DNA from: Lachnospiraceae bacterium
Lineage (GTDB): Bacteria; Bacillota; Clostridia; Lachnospirales; Lachnospiraceae
Direction of reading: 5' to 3'
DNA length: 64,000 nt
Assembly: GCA_024685315.1 (NCBI GenBank)
Contig: JAIKVW010000020.1
Coordinates: forward strand, 7,385 to 71,384
Position 1 is the first letter of the stretch. Each line of letters starts with the position of its first letter. Below are positions 1-8,936 of the stretch, in pieces. Under the pieces are notes generated by a model that ran no database searches, was not told where the DNA came from, and saw only the letters and a program-made list of their open reading frames with translations. The translations under genes and the position numbers were made by a program.

Positions 1-738
1 GAAATCCTGATCGAGCCCGCGCTCCTCCATGCGGCTTCGCACGGCCTCAAGATTATAACGGATTGTCTCATTCTGCTGGGTCAGGAAAAGCACGGTCTTC
101 TTTCCGTTTTCCGCAGAAAGATGCGCCTTCGCTTTGCGGCTGTAGCAGGTCTGGAAACACTTCTGCGCCGCCTTGTGCCCGGTCCGCAGGACCCAGCCCG
201 CGGCCCGCTTTCCGGTATTTTTGATCTTTGCAAGGCGCGAGGGCTTCTTCTCATTATCGAAGCCCTTGTACGCCTTGCGGACGGTATCCATGACCCTCAT
301 ATTAAGGAAGAGCGCGGCGTCGTTATTCTCTATCGAGAAATCTATGCAGAACGCGGCCCAGCCCTTGTCATGGATCAGGACCTTTCCGAGGTCCTTTACC
401 TTTTCCGCGATCCGGCTGCTGACGGCCGCCTTCGCGATGATCTCATTTCCATCGCAGGCGTACAGCGAATAGACCGCGGAAGGCAGACAGCTGCAGTAAC
501 CCGGATTGGTAACGTTTACTCTGAGGCGCAGCTTTCCTCCGGAAATCTCCTCCGCCTCCATCTTCGCCTTTACGGAGCCCTGTTCCGTGACCAGGAAGAA
601 CTCGAGTCCTTCCGCCGCGGGCTGTATCTCCGCCTCTATCACAAGGTACACCCGTTCCCAGCTGATCTCTGTGATAACAAAGGTGACCCGGCCTTCGTCC
701 CGCCGGTCTTCCATCCTGATCTTTCTGCTGCCGTCCAT
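1..738 (-). CDS. TagB/TagF-family CDP-alditol phosphotransferase, N-terminal 246 codons (gene runs off the left edge of the window)
   Basis: Absent from the ORF track because there is no in-window stop. My reverse-strand translation from the ATG at 736-738 stays open to base 1 (MDGSRKIRMEDRRDEG...GKKTVLFLTQQNETIRYNLEAVRSRMEERGLDQDF). An in-frame TAA sits directly upstream of the ATG. The KKTVLF..Q....I.YNL segment resembles the start of TagF-type catalytic regions. The + ORF 121..1263 is its antisense shadow. Confidence 0.5.
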   Translation of the reverse strand, partial: MDGSRKIRMEDRRDEGRVTFVITEISWERVYLVIEAEIQPAAEGLEFFLVTEQGSVKAKMEAEEISGGKLRLRVNVTNPGYCSCLPSAVYSLYACDGNEIIAKAAVSSRIAEKVKDLGKVLIHDKGWAAFCIDFSIENNDAALFLNMRVMDTVRKAYKGFDNEKKPSRLAKIKNTGKRAAGWVLRTGHKAAQKCFQTCYSRKAKAHLSAENGKKTVLFLTQQNETIRYNLEAVRSRMEERGLDQDF

Positions 739-747
739 TTATCTCAA

Positions 748-2088
748 TTAAAAACCATAGAAAATACTGTCAACGTTGTAGCTGTACTTGGTCGCGTAGT
801 TGTAGTCCTCGATCCTGGAAATGATGTGGTCGATCACAAGGTTCCTGGGATCCGGCACGAGCTTGCCGTCGCGCACCTTAGCATACTGCTCGGGCATGTA
901 CTGGTGCAGCATTCCGAGAGGAATGTGGACATTGTTCGTATCGAGGTTCGCCAAGAGCTTCTCAATCGCGCCCTTTACATTGGGGTCTGCGATATAGTAC
1001 CTGGACCTGTCGGAAAGGCTGTACCTGCGCTTGAGGTACTGCTCCTTCTCGGTTCCCTTGTAGTATACCTGCCAGTTGCCCGGATTCTCGAGCATCGCCT
1101 TCTCAAGGACTTCAGGGTAATTCGCGCGCTGGTCTTCGTCGATGAGCTCTTTCTCAATAAGGCTGAGCGCGAAGAGTCCCTCGCGGGCCGCGAATGTGAG
1201 CGAAGGGCCTACTTTAAGGATGCCTACGCCGTCCTCGACCATTTCACGCAGCTGTTTCGGTGACTGGTAGTCGGTGGAATGTCCCTCGAGCACCATTCCG
1301 GGGTACTGCTGGATCGCTTCGCTGAGCGCTACGGTCTTGGTGCGGTTGTACCTGACAAGGTTCTCGTCGCCGAACTCAACGCCGGGCTGTACAACTATGC
1401 CGACTATCGAGGAGAAAGCTCCGGGGATCCCGAGCTTTTCAAACTCTTCCTGATAGACCTGGATCGTGTTGTGAAGGTCTTCGGGCTTGGTGATCGCTAC
1501 CTGGTCCTGCTCCTCCTGCTCGCCGCCGGGGATCGGGACCTCGCTGCCGATGATGTAGGAAGGACGCATCTCGTTAGGATTCTCCTTCAGGAGCTGCTGG
1601 TAAGCCTCCTCGCAGACCTTGTAGAGCCTTGCACCGCGGCGCGCGATCGTCCTGGTCTCGAGCATTTCTGTCTTGGAATCATCGCCGAGACGCATGCTGG
1701 TGTCGAGGTGGATCTTCTTGTAGCCAGCGAGCACGTACTCCCTGACAAGGTCTTCGGCCTTCTTCATCGCCGTTTCCTCGGGCTCCTTGCACCATACCAG
1801 CGGTCCCAGATGGTCGCCGCCCAGGATCACGCGGTCCCTGGGGAATCCGACCTTGTCCGCGATCCCAAGGACATAGTCCCTGAAATCCGCGGGACGCATC
1901 CCTGTGTATCCGCCGAACTGGTTGACCTGGTTCGAAGTACCCTCGATCAGGATGTCGTCGTAGAATCTCTTGCCCTGCTCAAAGCAGGCCTCGATAACGA
2001 GCCCGTTTGCCGTGCAGTATGAAGGTATTCCGCAGTGGATCCCTGCATTACGCTTGGCGATCATTTCATGTAAAGTATCTCTCTGCAT
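748..2088 (-). CDS. GatZ/KbaZ/AgaZ-family protein (tagatose-bisphosphate aldolase accessory subunit / tagatose-6-phosphate epimerase-like)
   Basis: 446-aa ORF. CGIPSYCTAN near the N-terminus, then NQVNQFGGYTGM, GGDHLGP and HLDTSM blocks typical of the GatZ/KbaZ family as I recall it. Confidence 0.8.
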   Translation of the reverse strand: MQRDTLHEMIAKRNAGIHCGIPSYCTANGLVIEACFEQGKRFYDDILIEGTSNQVNQFGGYTGMRPADFRDYVLGIADKVGFPRDRVILGGDHLGPLVWCKEPEETAMKKAEDLVREYVLAGYKKIHLDTSMRLGDDSKTEMLETRTIARRGARLYKVCEEAYQQLLKENPNEMRPSYIIGSEVPIPGGEQEEQDQVAITKPEDLHNTIQVYQEEFEKLGIPGAFSSIVGIVVQPGVEFGDENLVRYNRTKTVALSEAIQQYPGMVLEGHSTDYQSPKQLREMVEDGVGILKVGPSLTFAAREGLFALSLIEKELIDEDQRANYPEVLEKAMLENPGNWQVYYKGTEKEQYLKRRYSLSDRSRYYIADPNVKGAIEKLLANLDTNNVHIPLGMLHQYMPEQYAKVRDGKLVPDPRNLVIDHIISRIEDYNYATKYSYNVDSIFYGF

Positions 2089-2112
2089 ATATCTGATTAC
2101 TCCTCTGTAAAA

Positions 2113-2823
2113 TTATTCCGCCGGGAAAAAATATGTATCAAGAAGGACCTTGAGCAGCTCAAAATCCCCCGGATAGGTGAGTTTAAGGTTCAGCACGTTC
2201 GCGGGGATCACTCTCATGTGTATCCCGTGCGCAAGCGCCATCGCGCCGGCCGATGTCATCGCTGCAAGCTCCTCGTCGGTAGAGCCCATGTAGATGCCGT
2301 AAAGGTCGCCGAACCTGAAGGCTTCAGGTGAAGCTCCGGACACGAGCTCCTCCCTGGGGATCACGGAGACGAGGTCCATATCGGAATTAATGCGGTAACA
2401 GGTGTCATACTGCCTTGCCCCGAGCGTCGCCGCGCCGGATTCATTTACCGCGTCGATAATACCCCTGGTGCCTTCCGCGTCAACATAAGGATGCGTCGCG
2501 TCATGTATCAGGATAACATCGCTGTCACCGGAAAAAGGCTTTATCGCCTTAAGGCCGTTGCGCACTGACTGCGAGCGGTTGTCTCCGCCCTGGGTCACGA
2601 GAATATTCTTCGTCCCCGGATCGATGTCCGAGATCGCTTCCCTGACGTAATCGATCCAGTCCCCGTGTGAAACGATGCAGATGGCCGATACCTCCTCGAC
2701 CTTGGCGTACCTGCGCACGATATAGTAAAATACCGGCTTTCCGTTTATCTCCAGGTACTGCTTGGGACGGTCCGCGCCCATGCGGGTGCCCGTGCCGCCC
2801 ATCATCAACAAAACTGTATTCAT
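2113..2823 (-). CDS. IspD/TarI-type CTP:alditol-phosphate cytidylyltransferase
   Basis: 236-aa ORF. N-terminal LLMMGGTGTRMG...PKQYL nucleotide-binding loop and a later ILIHDATHPYV block typical of IspD/TarI cytidylyltransferases. Its stop lies 24 nt before the GatZ-like start. Confidence 0.85.
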   Translation of the reverse strand: MNTVLLMMGGTGTRMGADRPKQYLEINGKPVFYYIVRRYAKVEEVSAICIVSHGDWIDYVREAISDIDPGTKNILVTQGGDNRSQSVRNGLKAIKPFSGDSDVILIHDATHPYVDAEGTRGIIDAVNESGAATLGARQYDTCYRINSDMDLVSVIPREELVSGASPEAFRFGDLYGIYMGSTDEELAAMTSAGAMALAHGIHMRVIPANVLNLKLTYPGDFELLKVLLDTYFFPAE

Positions 2824-3012
2824 AATTCTGTTCTCCGTTAGGGCCTTCCGGCCTCTGTTTTACATGCACATAGTTATATCTATTATACAAAAACACCCCT
2901 GCTTTGTAAATAAACAGGGCTCTTCCATGAATAATATAATTCTGTTATACTGAGGAGTACAAATGATCCAGATTTCAGAAGGGGAGGTGCGCCTGCGGGC
3001 GCAGATCATATT

Positions 3013-4059
3013 ATGAAAGCAGCAGTTCTCTATTCAAATGAAGATATCAGGTATGCTGACTGGCCGGAGCCCGAAGTCGCTCCGGGGACCGTCAAGATCG
3101 CGGTCAAGGCTGCAGGCATATGCGGCTCGGACGTTCCGCGCGTGCTTAACAATGCGGCCCATTACTATCCTATAGTGCTCGGGCATGAGTTTTCCGGGAT
3201 CGTCGCCGATGTCGGCGAAGGCGTAACAAAGGTCAAGCCTGGCGACCACGTCTGCGGCGTGCCTCTTAAGCCCTGTATGAAGTGCCCCGACTGCGCGAAG
3301 GGCAATTTCTCCCAGTGCAAGCATTACAGCTTCATCGGCTCCCGCGAGCAGGGAGCCTTCGCGGAATATATAGTTATCCCCGAGATCAACGCGGTAAAGA
3401 TCGATCCCGAGATATCATTTGAGCAGGGCGCGCTCTTCGAGCCCTCCTCGGTCTGCATGCACGCGATGCGCTGCACGGATTATAAGGGCGGTGGGAATGT
3501 AGCGGTCCTCGGCTGCGGCACCATCGGCATCTTCACGATGCAGTGGGCAAAGATCTTCGGTGCCCGCACCGTCACGTCCTTCGCGACTTCCCCGAAGAGC
3601 CTGGGGCTTGCCTCACGCATGGGCGCCGACTATACAATTAATACGAAGGATGAGGATTTCTTCGAGAAGGCGATGGAGATTACCGGCGGCGCAGGATTCG
3701 ACTATGTATTTGAATCCGCAGGCTCGAACTTCACTCATGTGCTCGCGCTTAAGCTTGCCGGGAATCACGCACACGTGTGCTATGTCGGGACCCCGAAATC
3801 ACCCCTCACATTTACCGTAAATGAATGGGAGAACCTGAACCGGAAAGAGCTGAAAGTCACCGGATCCTGGATGTCCGGCGCGGCACCCTACCCCGGGAGC
3901 GACTGGGAGCTCACCGACAGGTGCTTTGCAGATGGCAGGCTGAAATACGATCCCGATCTCTTCCACGCGGTCTATCCGCTGGAGCAGTGCGCAGATGCCT
4001 TCCAGGAATACAAGACCCCCGGGAAGGTAAAAGGCAGGATACTGTTTAAGATTAGCTGA
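3013..4059 (+). CDS. Zn-dependent medium-chain alcohol dehydrogenase, GatD-like (galactitol-1-phosphate 5-dehydrogenase family) or TarJ-analogous alditol-phosphate dehydrogenase
   Basis: 348-aa ORF. GICGSDVPRVLNNAAHYYPIVLGHEFSG, structural-zinc cysteines CMKCPDCAKGNFSQC, FIGSREQGAFAEYIV, GCGTIG Rossmann loop and KELKVTGSWM. These blocks look very close to E. coli GatD from memory. Confidence 0.8.
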   Translation: MKAAVLYSNEDIRYADWPEPEVAPGTVKIAVKAAGICGSDVPRVLNNAAHYYPIVLGHEFSGIVADVGEGVTKVKPGDHVCGVPLKPCMKCPDCAKGNFSQCKHYSFIGSREQGAFAEYIVIPEINAVKIDPEISFEQGALFEPSSVCMHAMRCTDYKGGGNVAVLGCGTIGIFTMQWAKIFGARTVTSFATSPKSLGLASRMGADYTINTKDEDFFEKAMEITGGAGFDYVFESAGSNFTHVLALKLAGNHAHVCYVGTPKSPLTFTVNEWENLNRKELKVTGSWMSGAAPYPGSDWELTDRCFADGRLKYDPDLFHAVYPLEQCADAFQEYKTPGKVKGRILFKIS

Positions 4060-4189
4060 GGCTGGCCTGGTTCCAGAGCCTGGCTGTGGCCGGGCCGGGC
4101 TTTGCCTGTTTAAGAGGATGTCTGCTCTAGCTTTTTCATAAAATGGCGCCATCGATTTTTCCGAAGGCGGTGTCACTAACTTGATTTCT

Positions 4190-4230
4190 TTGACCGGGCA
4201 TACCCTGCGGGATGCCCGGTCAATGCTTTT
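4190..4230 (+). terminator. Hairpin plus T-run downstream of the GatD-like gene
   Basis: TTGACCGGGCAT (4190-4201) pairs with ATGCCCGGTCAA (4212-4223), followed by TGCTTTT. Confidence 0.5.
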
Positions 4231-4278
4231 GAAGATCAGGCACCATTCTTCAAAGTTTTATCCCATATGTCTTTGTAT

Positions 4279-4372
4279 GCATAATAGCGCGCGTGACACC
4301 TCTTTAGGATGTCTCGCGCGCTATTATGCTAATCCGGCATACCGCCCGTTTATACCGGGCCGGTATGCCGGA
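4279..4372. repeat. Two further long hairpins in the convergent spacer
   Basis: 4279-4297 GCATAATAGCGCGCGTGAC pairs with 4311-4329 GTCTCGCGCGCTATTATGC (19 bp, one mismatch). 4333-4344 TCCGGCATACCG pairs with 4361-4372 CGGTATGCCGGA. Confidence 0.6.
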
Positions 4373-4572
4373 CATTTGTTATTCACCATTTGGCTTACAT
4401 TAGGGTATGCCTTTATTAGAAAAGTTGCCTACGGGCCTTCCCCTCGTAAAAAATGCGGTGCCGATTCGAAGAAATGCGGTGCCAGGCACCCGCCCGCAAA
4501 CTCCCCGAAAAACAGTTTAACATCATGTAAAGACATATCTGCCTTAAAGGCCCGCACCGTCTCCCCGCAGCT

Positions 4573-7500
4573 TTACTGCTGCCCTTTCTCAGCGATATAT
4601 TTCACAAGCCTTTCGGTGGCATGCCCATCGCATCCGTCGAACATCCGCTCCCTGAAGGCTTCCATCGCGGTATAGTCGTAGTTCTCCCGCGCACGGATCT
4701 CCTTAGCGAGCCCTACGGCACCGGAAACCACCGGACAGAACAGGAAGGACTCGAAATCCCTCGCATTCACGCTCATATTCGTGACCTTGATCACTTCTTC
4801 ATAATCGAAGGCCGTGGAATACACAGGCTTGTGAAGGAGTGCGGACTCAAAGAAGGTGTCCCTGTAATCCCCCACAATGATGTCGCACGCTGCCATGAGC
4901 TCCCGGAGCGAGATCCCTTCCAGGACAAGCTTCGAGAATCCCGGTATCTCCAGGGTGTTCTCGTACCCGTCCTTGATCTGTGCACTGTTCAGGTTCACGA
5001 CCACGCTGAAGCCCTCCCCGAGCTCTTCTTTGAGGACTTCGAGGTCGATCATACTGATCCAGGAAGGACATTTGCTGCGGTACCTGACCGCGGGCATGTA
5101 AAGGATCCTGACCGTTCCCGCAGATTCAGGGAACAGTCCGTCCAGCTTCGCAGCGGCTTTCTCGCAGAAACTTTCCTTAAAAAAGCTGTCCGTCGCGCTG
5201 CATCCCATAAGGTCAGTATGGGTCTTTCTCATGCCCGAGAACATTTGGCTGATAAGTCCTGCACGGCTCTGCCCCGGCACCTGCACCTGGGCAAAATCAT
5301 TTGCTCCGGTGAACCTGGTGTAGAGAGTCTGCCACTTAAGGAAATAATCCGCCAGGCGTCCGTGGTTATAGAGCGGGAAGGCAGTATCGCGCACCAGGAT
5401 CTCCTCGGTCTCCGGCCGGAAAATGACTTTCGCGAAAAGAGGTATCGGCGAGCTCACTATGACGAACTTCGCTTTCGCCAGCTTCCCGGCGACCTCTTCC
5501 TGATCGGCAGGATTGCCGAGACAGAGCTCTTCAACCCTGAAACCGGGGATCTTCTTAAGCGGGGCCTCAAGGTAACCCAGCGACCCGCGGGGAACAGCCT
5601 TTCCCGCAGTCACCATAAGTATGAGATCCTCGGGCATTTCCTCCTCTGCCGCCTTCGCATAAAGGGCCGCAAAAGCTTCTGATTTCTTCAGGATATCCTG
5701 ATATTTCTTCCTGAACTTCTCATTCTGCGACTGCTCAGGCTTCGTGAGTATCCTGTCAAGATTGAATTCCTCGCCCGGAAGGCGCTGGTACATCGTATCG
5801 TAGCGGGCCTTTATCTTTTCAGGAGAGCGCGCATAGGACATTACATAATCCGAAGTGAGCACCCAGTCGGCCCTTCCGTGGATACGTTCCTGAACGAGGT
5901 CCAGGCTCGCGTCTGTGTATGGCGGGGCGAACTCGCGAGTCTTTCCGTAAAGCGGCGTCGCGTCTTTCAGATACCCGATCCTCCCTGCAAAGGCAGGCGT
6001 ATCCCTGTTCTCGTTGTAATAGTCAAACACGAACTCATATAGCAGGCGGCTCGTATCCTCCGGCGTCCTCAGCCCGAGGCGCGCGTAGCGGCGCGCGAAC
6101 TCCGGAAGGATCTCATTCATCGACTCGAAAAGCTCCTCGTCGTAGGAGTCCTCCCTGATGACCGGATAAAGCCTTCCGTTTTCGCGGTATTCATATTTTT
6201 CAATGCTCTTGTAGGGCATGTTCGCGAATACCGCTTCGATAAAGATCTGCCTTACGTCATTCGTCGTAAAGTTGTAGCGCGTGTTGCCCGGAGAGCTCTG
6301 CAGAATGCAGATGCTGTAATAGAAGGCGAGGTCAATATCTTCGTCCCCGAAGGTGTCAACCAGGAGCCTCCGCAGGCAGGCCTGGTTGTATCCGCGGCCG
6401 TAGTATTCCACGATCGCGTACTTTTCGGAAGGATCTATCTCCTGCCTCAGGTATTCCTCCACCGGGACACGTTCCTCGGCAGCCTTGGCCAGCAGATACT
6501 CGCTGTAGGCTTCCGAAGACTTGAAAACTTCCCTAAGCGCCAGTATCTCATCCTTCGTCTCGAAATTGATCCTGTCCGGATCGACCGAAGGGAAGAGGCT
6601 GCGGAATTTTTCCTCAGTGAGGTCCATCGCGCTGAAAAGGCTTTCCTTTGAGGTGATCCCGTTGAAATTTCCGTAATCCTCCCAGAATCCCGGATCTATT
6701 TCGTCAATATATGAAGGGATCCTCCAGGTCTTTCTGGAGGCGTAAATGTAGCGGGTCTTCATGGCTATCCCGCGGGCCTGGATGATCGCGTCTGCGATGC
6801 GTTTCAGATGGTGTCCGTCGCGGGAAACGAAGTACAGTGTCTGATAACCCCTCCTTACCGCATCGCGGAGCACCCAGTCAATATAGGGCACGAACAGGAG
6901 CGAAATGTATGAGATGACAAAATCGTCGTCCCTCAGGGAGTATTCCTCCCTCATCCTGGCCTGCATTGCCGCGGTCAGGAAGGCGTCATAGGTCGCGAGA
7001 TCCTTGGTCATCGCCTTCTCAATATCATTTAATACCGGCTTCCGGACATTCCTGGTCCGGATGCTGAAGAGCTGCGGCTGCCTTCTGTCGGCATTGTCAT
7101 TGTCACCGTAGTGGATCCATTTCTCGAAATCGTAATACGGCTCAAAGCTCTTGTAGACCTCGAAGAACAGCCCTCCGGAAGACTTCATCATGCCGGACTC
7201 ATTCGAGATAAAGACCTTAAGCCTCTCGAGCGCAGGGTCTGCCTTCTTAAGCATTTCCCTGACGAACCAGAGCGGCAGGTACATGTCGCTTATGAGGACT
7301 ACCTCAGCCATGGGGTCCGCCATCAGCTTTTTCACCAGCTCTATCTGCCGGCGGAGAGGGATGACGTTATCGAGCTCGGCATCGAGCTCCCACTCCTTCA
7401 GCAGCTGCGTCTGGCCCTCATCCAGCCCGTAGACGTCCGCCAGCCTGCGGAATATCGAGTCAAATGTGATCTCCTCGGTCTCGCTCTGCCTGACCCCTTT

Positions 7501-8874
7501 GGTCTTCTGCATGAATTCGCGGCAGTTAAGCTCCGCGTCATGCCGGATCTGAGGGTAGCGCCTTACAAGTGCGGCCGGGAAGCCGCCGCGCTCCTCCATC
7601 TTTTCCCTTACAAGGTAGAATATCCCCGAAGGCTCCAGGACTTTCCTCGAGAACAGGGTGTCAAATATATCAAAGCTGTAGAGTGTCTTAAATGAGCGCT
7701 TCACCGGCTCGAACTCAAGCGTCCGGCTGATTATCGTCTCGAAATCAGCCTTTCCCTGCGAATACGACCACAGATCTTTTGCCAGGCGCTTCACCTCGCG
7801 GGACTCTCTGAATTTTAATCCGCCGAATCTTCCCATCGCATCAAGGAGCTCGGGGAAGCTCTTCGCGATTGTCCCTACGGTCCTCTTCATGTATGCGTCG
7901 TGGTTGTCGACACTCCCCATGTACTCATCGTAATCAAATATGTAACGGATGTAGTGGGGCACGCCCATGAGGACCATGTCGGAAACTATGGAAGAATAGT
8001 CATACACCGCGAGGTCCACGGCGTGCATGACCTCGTAGAAATCGTCTTTATTATCCCAGAACCAGAAATAAGGCCTGTCCCCGTATTTCTCCGCGGCAGC
8101 CCTGAATCCGGCGTCATTTTCCATTGCAGGATGCATTTTAAAGATGAAGAGGATCCCATGCTCCTCGCAGAATCTGTACAGCCGCTCTATATCCGGGAGC
8201 GCCCGGGCAAAGGTACCCTCGTGGTCCGCCCTGTAGGTAGGCGCGTACACCGCGGTTTTGGTGCGTGCAGGCAGGCCCTTCCTCCCCCGCAGATCGTGGT
8301 CGAAGGTCCTGACCGGCTCGAAATTCTGCTGGTAGAGACACCTCGGATACCCGCTTCGGATGATCTTTTCCTCGTCGACCCCGGCGTCTAGGATAAACTC
8401 CTTCTCTAGCTCCGGGGAGCTTACGGTCATAAGCTGGTTGTCCCTGTAATAGGTCCCGTGTTTAATATATTTCTTTGCTATACCGCCGGCGATCTCTCCG
8501 GTGAAAAGCCTGCGCTCTATCGTCTTGAACCCGATCCCGTGCCAGAGATTAAGGTAGACCGCGTTCTCGAGCCCCTGAGGGATCTCAACCTTCACCTGCT
8601 CCGCCGCGATCACCCCGGTCCGGTCCATAATGAACTGGGCTTCAGGCGAAGCCGGAGAAAAGGCGTAAAACCCGAGCGAGCGAACTGTCTCTATGGTCTC
8701 TTCGCTCTCGGAAAGCCAGTAAGCCAGGATATCTTTGCGAAAATTGTTGATATAGGCAAAGAGGTATTTGGGGTTCCCCCTGAAATCCTGACTGCTCTGC
8801 CCCGCGATAAAGGCCCAGATATGCTTTCTGTCGAATCCCAGACAGAGCTCACGGAAGTCTACGCTCGTTTCCAT
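4573..8874 (-). CDS. Giant multidomain wall-polymer synthase: TagF-like phosphotransferase, HAD-like domain, unknown region, second TagF-like domain
   Basis: 1433-aa ORF. N-terminal TagF signatures (NLWHGIGFK, AVYAPTYR, FIFKMHP). Central HAD motif I (YSFDIFDTLFSRK) with a later HYGDNDNAD. C-terminal second TagF-like unit (ILYMPAVRYR, IVGDYRDTFFESALLHKPV). Confidence 0.85.
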   Translation of the reverse strand: METSVDFRELCLGFDRKHIWAFIAGQSSQDFRGNPKYLFAYINNFRKDILAYWLSESEETIETVRSLGFYAFSPASPEAQFIMDRTGVIAAEQVKVEIPQGLENAVYLNLWHGIGFKTIERRLFTGEIAGGIAKKYIKHGTYYRDNQLMTVSSPELEKEFILDAGVDEEKIIRSGYPRCLYQQNFEPVRTFDHDLRGRKGLPARTKTAVYAPTYRADHEGTFARALPDIERLYRFCEEHGILFIFKMHPAMENDAGFRAAAEKYGDRPYFWFWDNKDDFYEVMHAVDLAVYDYSSIVSDMVLMGVPHYIRYIFDYDEYMGSVDNHDAYMKRTVGTIAKSFPELLDAMGRFGGLKFRESREVKRLAKDLWSYSQGKADFETIISRTLEFEPVKRSFKTLYSFDIFDTLFSRKVLEPSGIFYLVREKMEERGGFPAALVRRYPQIRHDAELNCREFMQKTKGVRQSETEEITFDSIFRRLADVYGLDEGQTQLLKEWELDAELDNVIPLRRQIELVKKLMADPMAEVVLISDMYLPLWFVREMLKKADPALERLKVFISNESGMMKSSGGLFFEVYKSFEPYYDFEKWIHYGDNDNADRRQPQLFSIRTRNVRKPVLNDIEKAMTKDLATYDAFLTAAMQARMREEYSLRDDDFVISYISLLFVPYIDWVLRDAVRRGYQTLYFVSRDGHHLKRIADAIIQARGIAMKTRYIYASRKTWRIPSYIDEIDPGFWEDYGNFNGITSKESLFSAMDLTEEKFRSLFPSVDPDRINFETKDEILALREVFKSSEAYSEYLLAKAAEERVPVEEYLRQEIDPSEKYAIVEYYGRGYNQACLRRLLVDTFGDEDIDLAFYYSICILQSSPGNTRYNFTTNDVRQIFIEAVFANMPYKSIEKYEYRENGRLYPVIREDSYDEELFESMNEILPEFARRYARLGLRTPEDTSRLLYEFVFDYYNENRDTPAFAGRIGYLKDATPLYGKTREFAPPYTDASLDLVQERIHGRADWVLTSDYVMSYARSPEKIKARYDTMYQRLPGEEFNLDRILTKPEQSQNEKFRKKYQDILKKSEAFAALYAKAAEEEMPEDLILMVTAGKAVPRGSLGYLEAPLKKIPGFRVEELCLGNPADQEEVAGKLAKAKFVIVSSPIPLFAKVIFRPETEEILVRDTAFPLYNHGRLADYFLKWQTLYTRFTGANDFAQVQVPGQSRAGLISQMFSGMRKTHTDLMGCSATDSFFKESFCEKAAAKLDGLFPESAGTVRILYMPAVRYRSKCPSWISMIDLEVLKEELGEGFSVVVNLNSAQIKDGYENTLEIPGFSKLVLEGISLRELMAACDIIVGDYRDTFFESALLHKPVYSTAFDYEEVIKVTNMSVNARDFESFLFCPVVSGAVGLAKEIRARENYDYTAMEAFRERMFDGCDGHATERLVKYIAEKGQQ

Positions 8875-8936
8875 AAAAAATGCCTCCAGTATCTTAAAGC
8901 TCCCGGCGATCAGGCCGGGAGCTTCGCCATGTAGTT

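Noticed and set aside
121-1263. 380-aa + strand ORF spanning the first kilobase
   Set aside because: It is antisense to two well-supported minus-strand genes (the TagF-like partial gene and the GatZ-like gene). Its Arg/Leu/Gly-rich composition is typical of a shadow ORF in GC-rich coding DNA.
4181-4675. 164-aa + strand ORF in the hairpin-rich spacer
   Set aside because: It runs through three long palindromes and into the 3' end of the giant TagF gene. It has no RBS and no recognisable motif, so the structure there looks like RNA or DNA structure rather than coding sequence.
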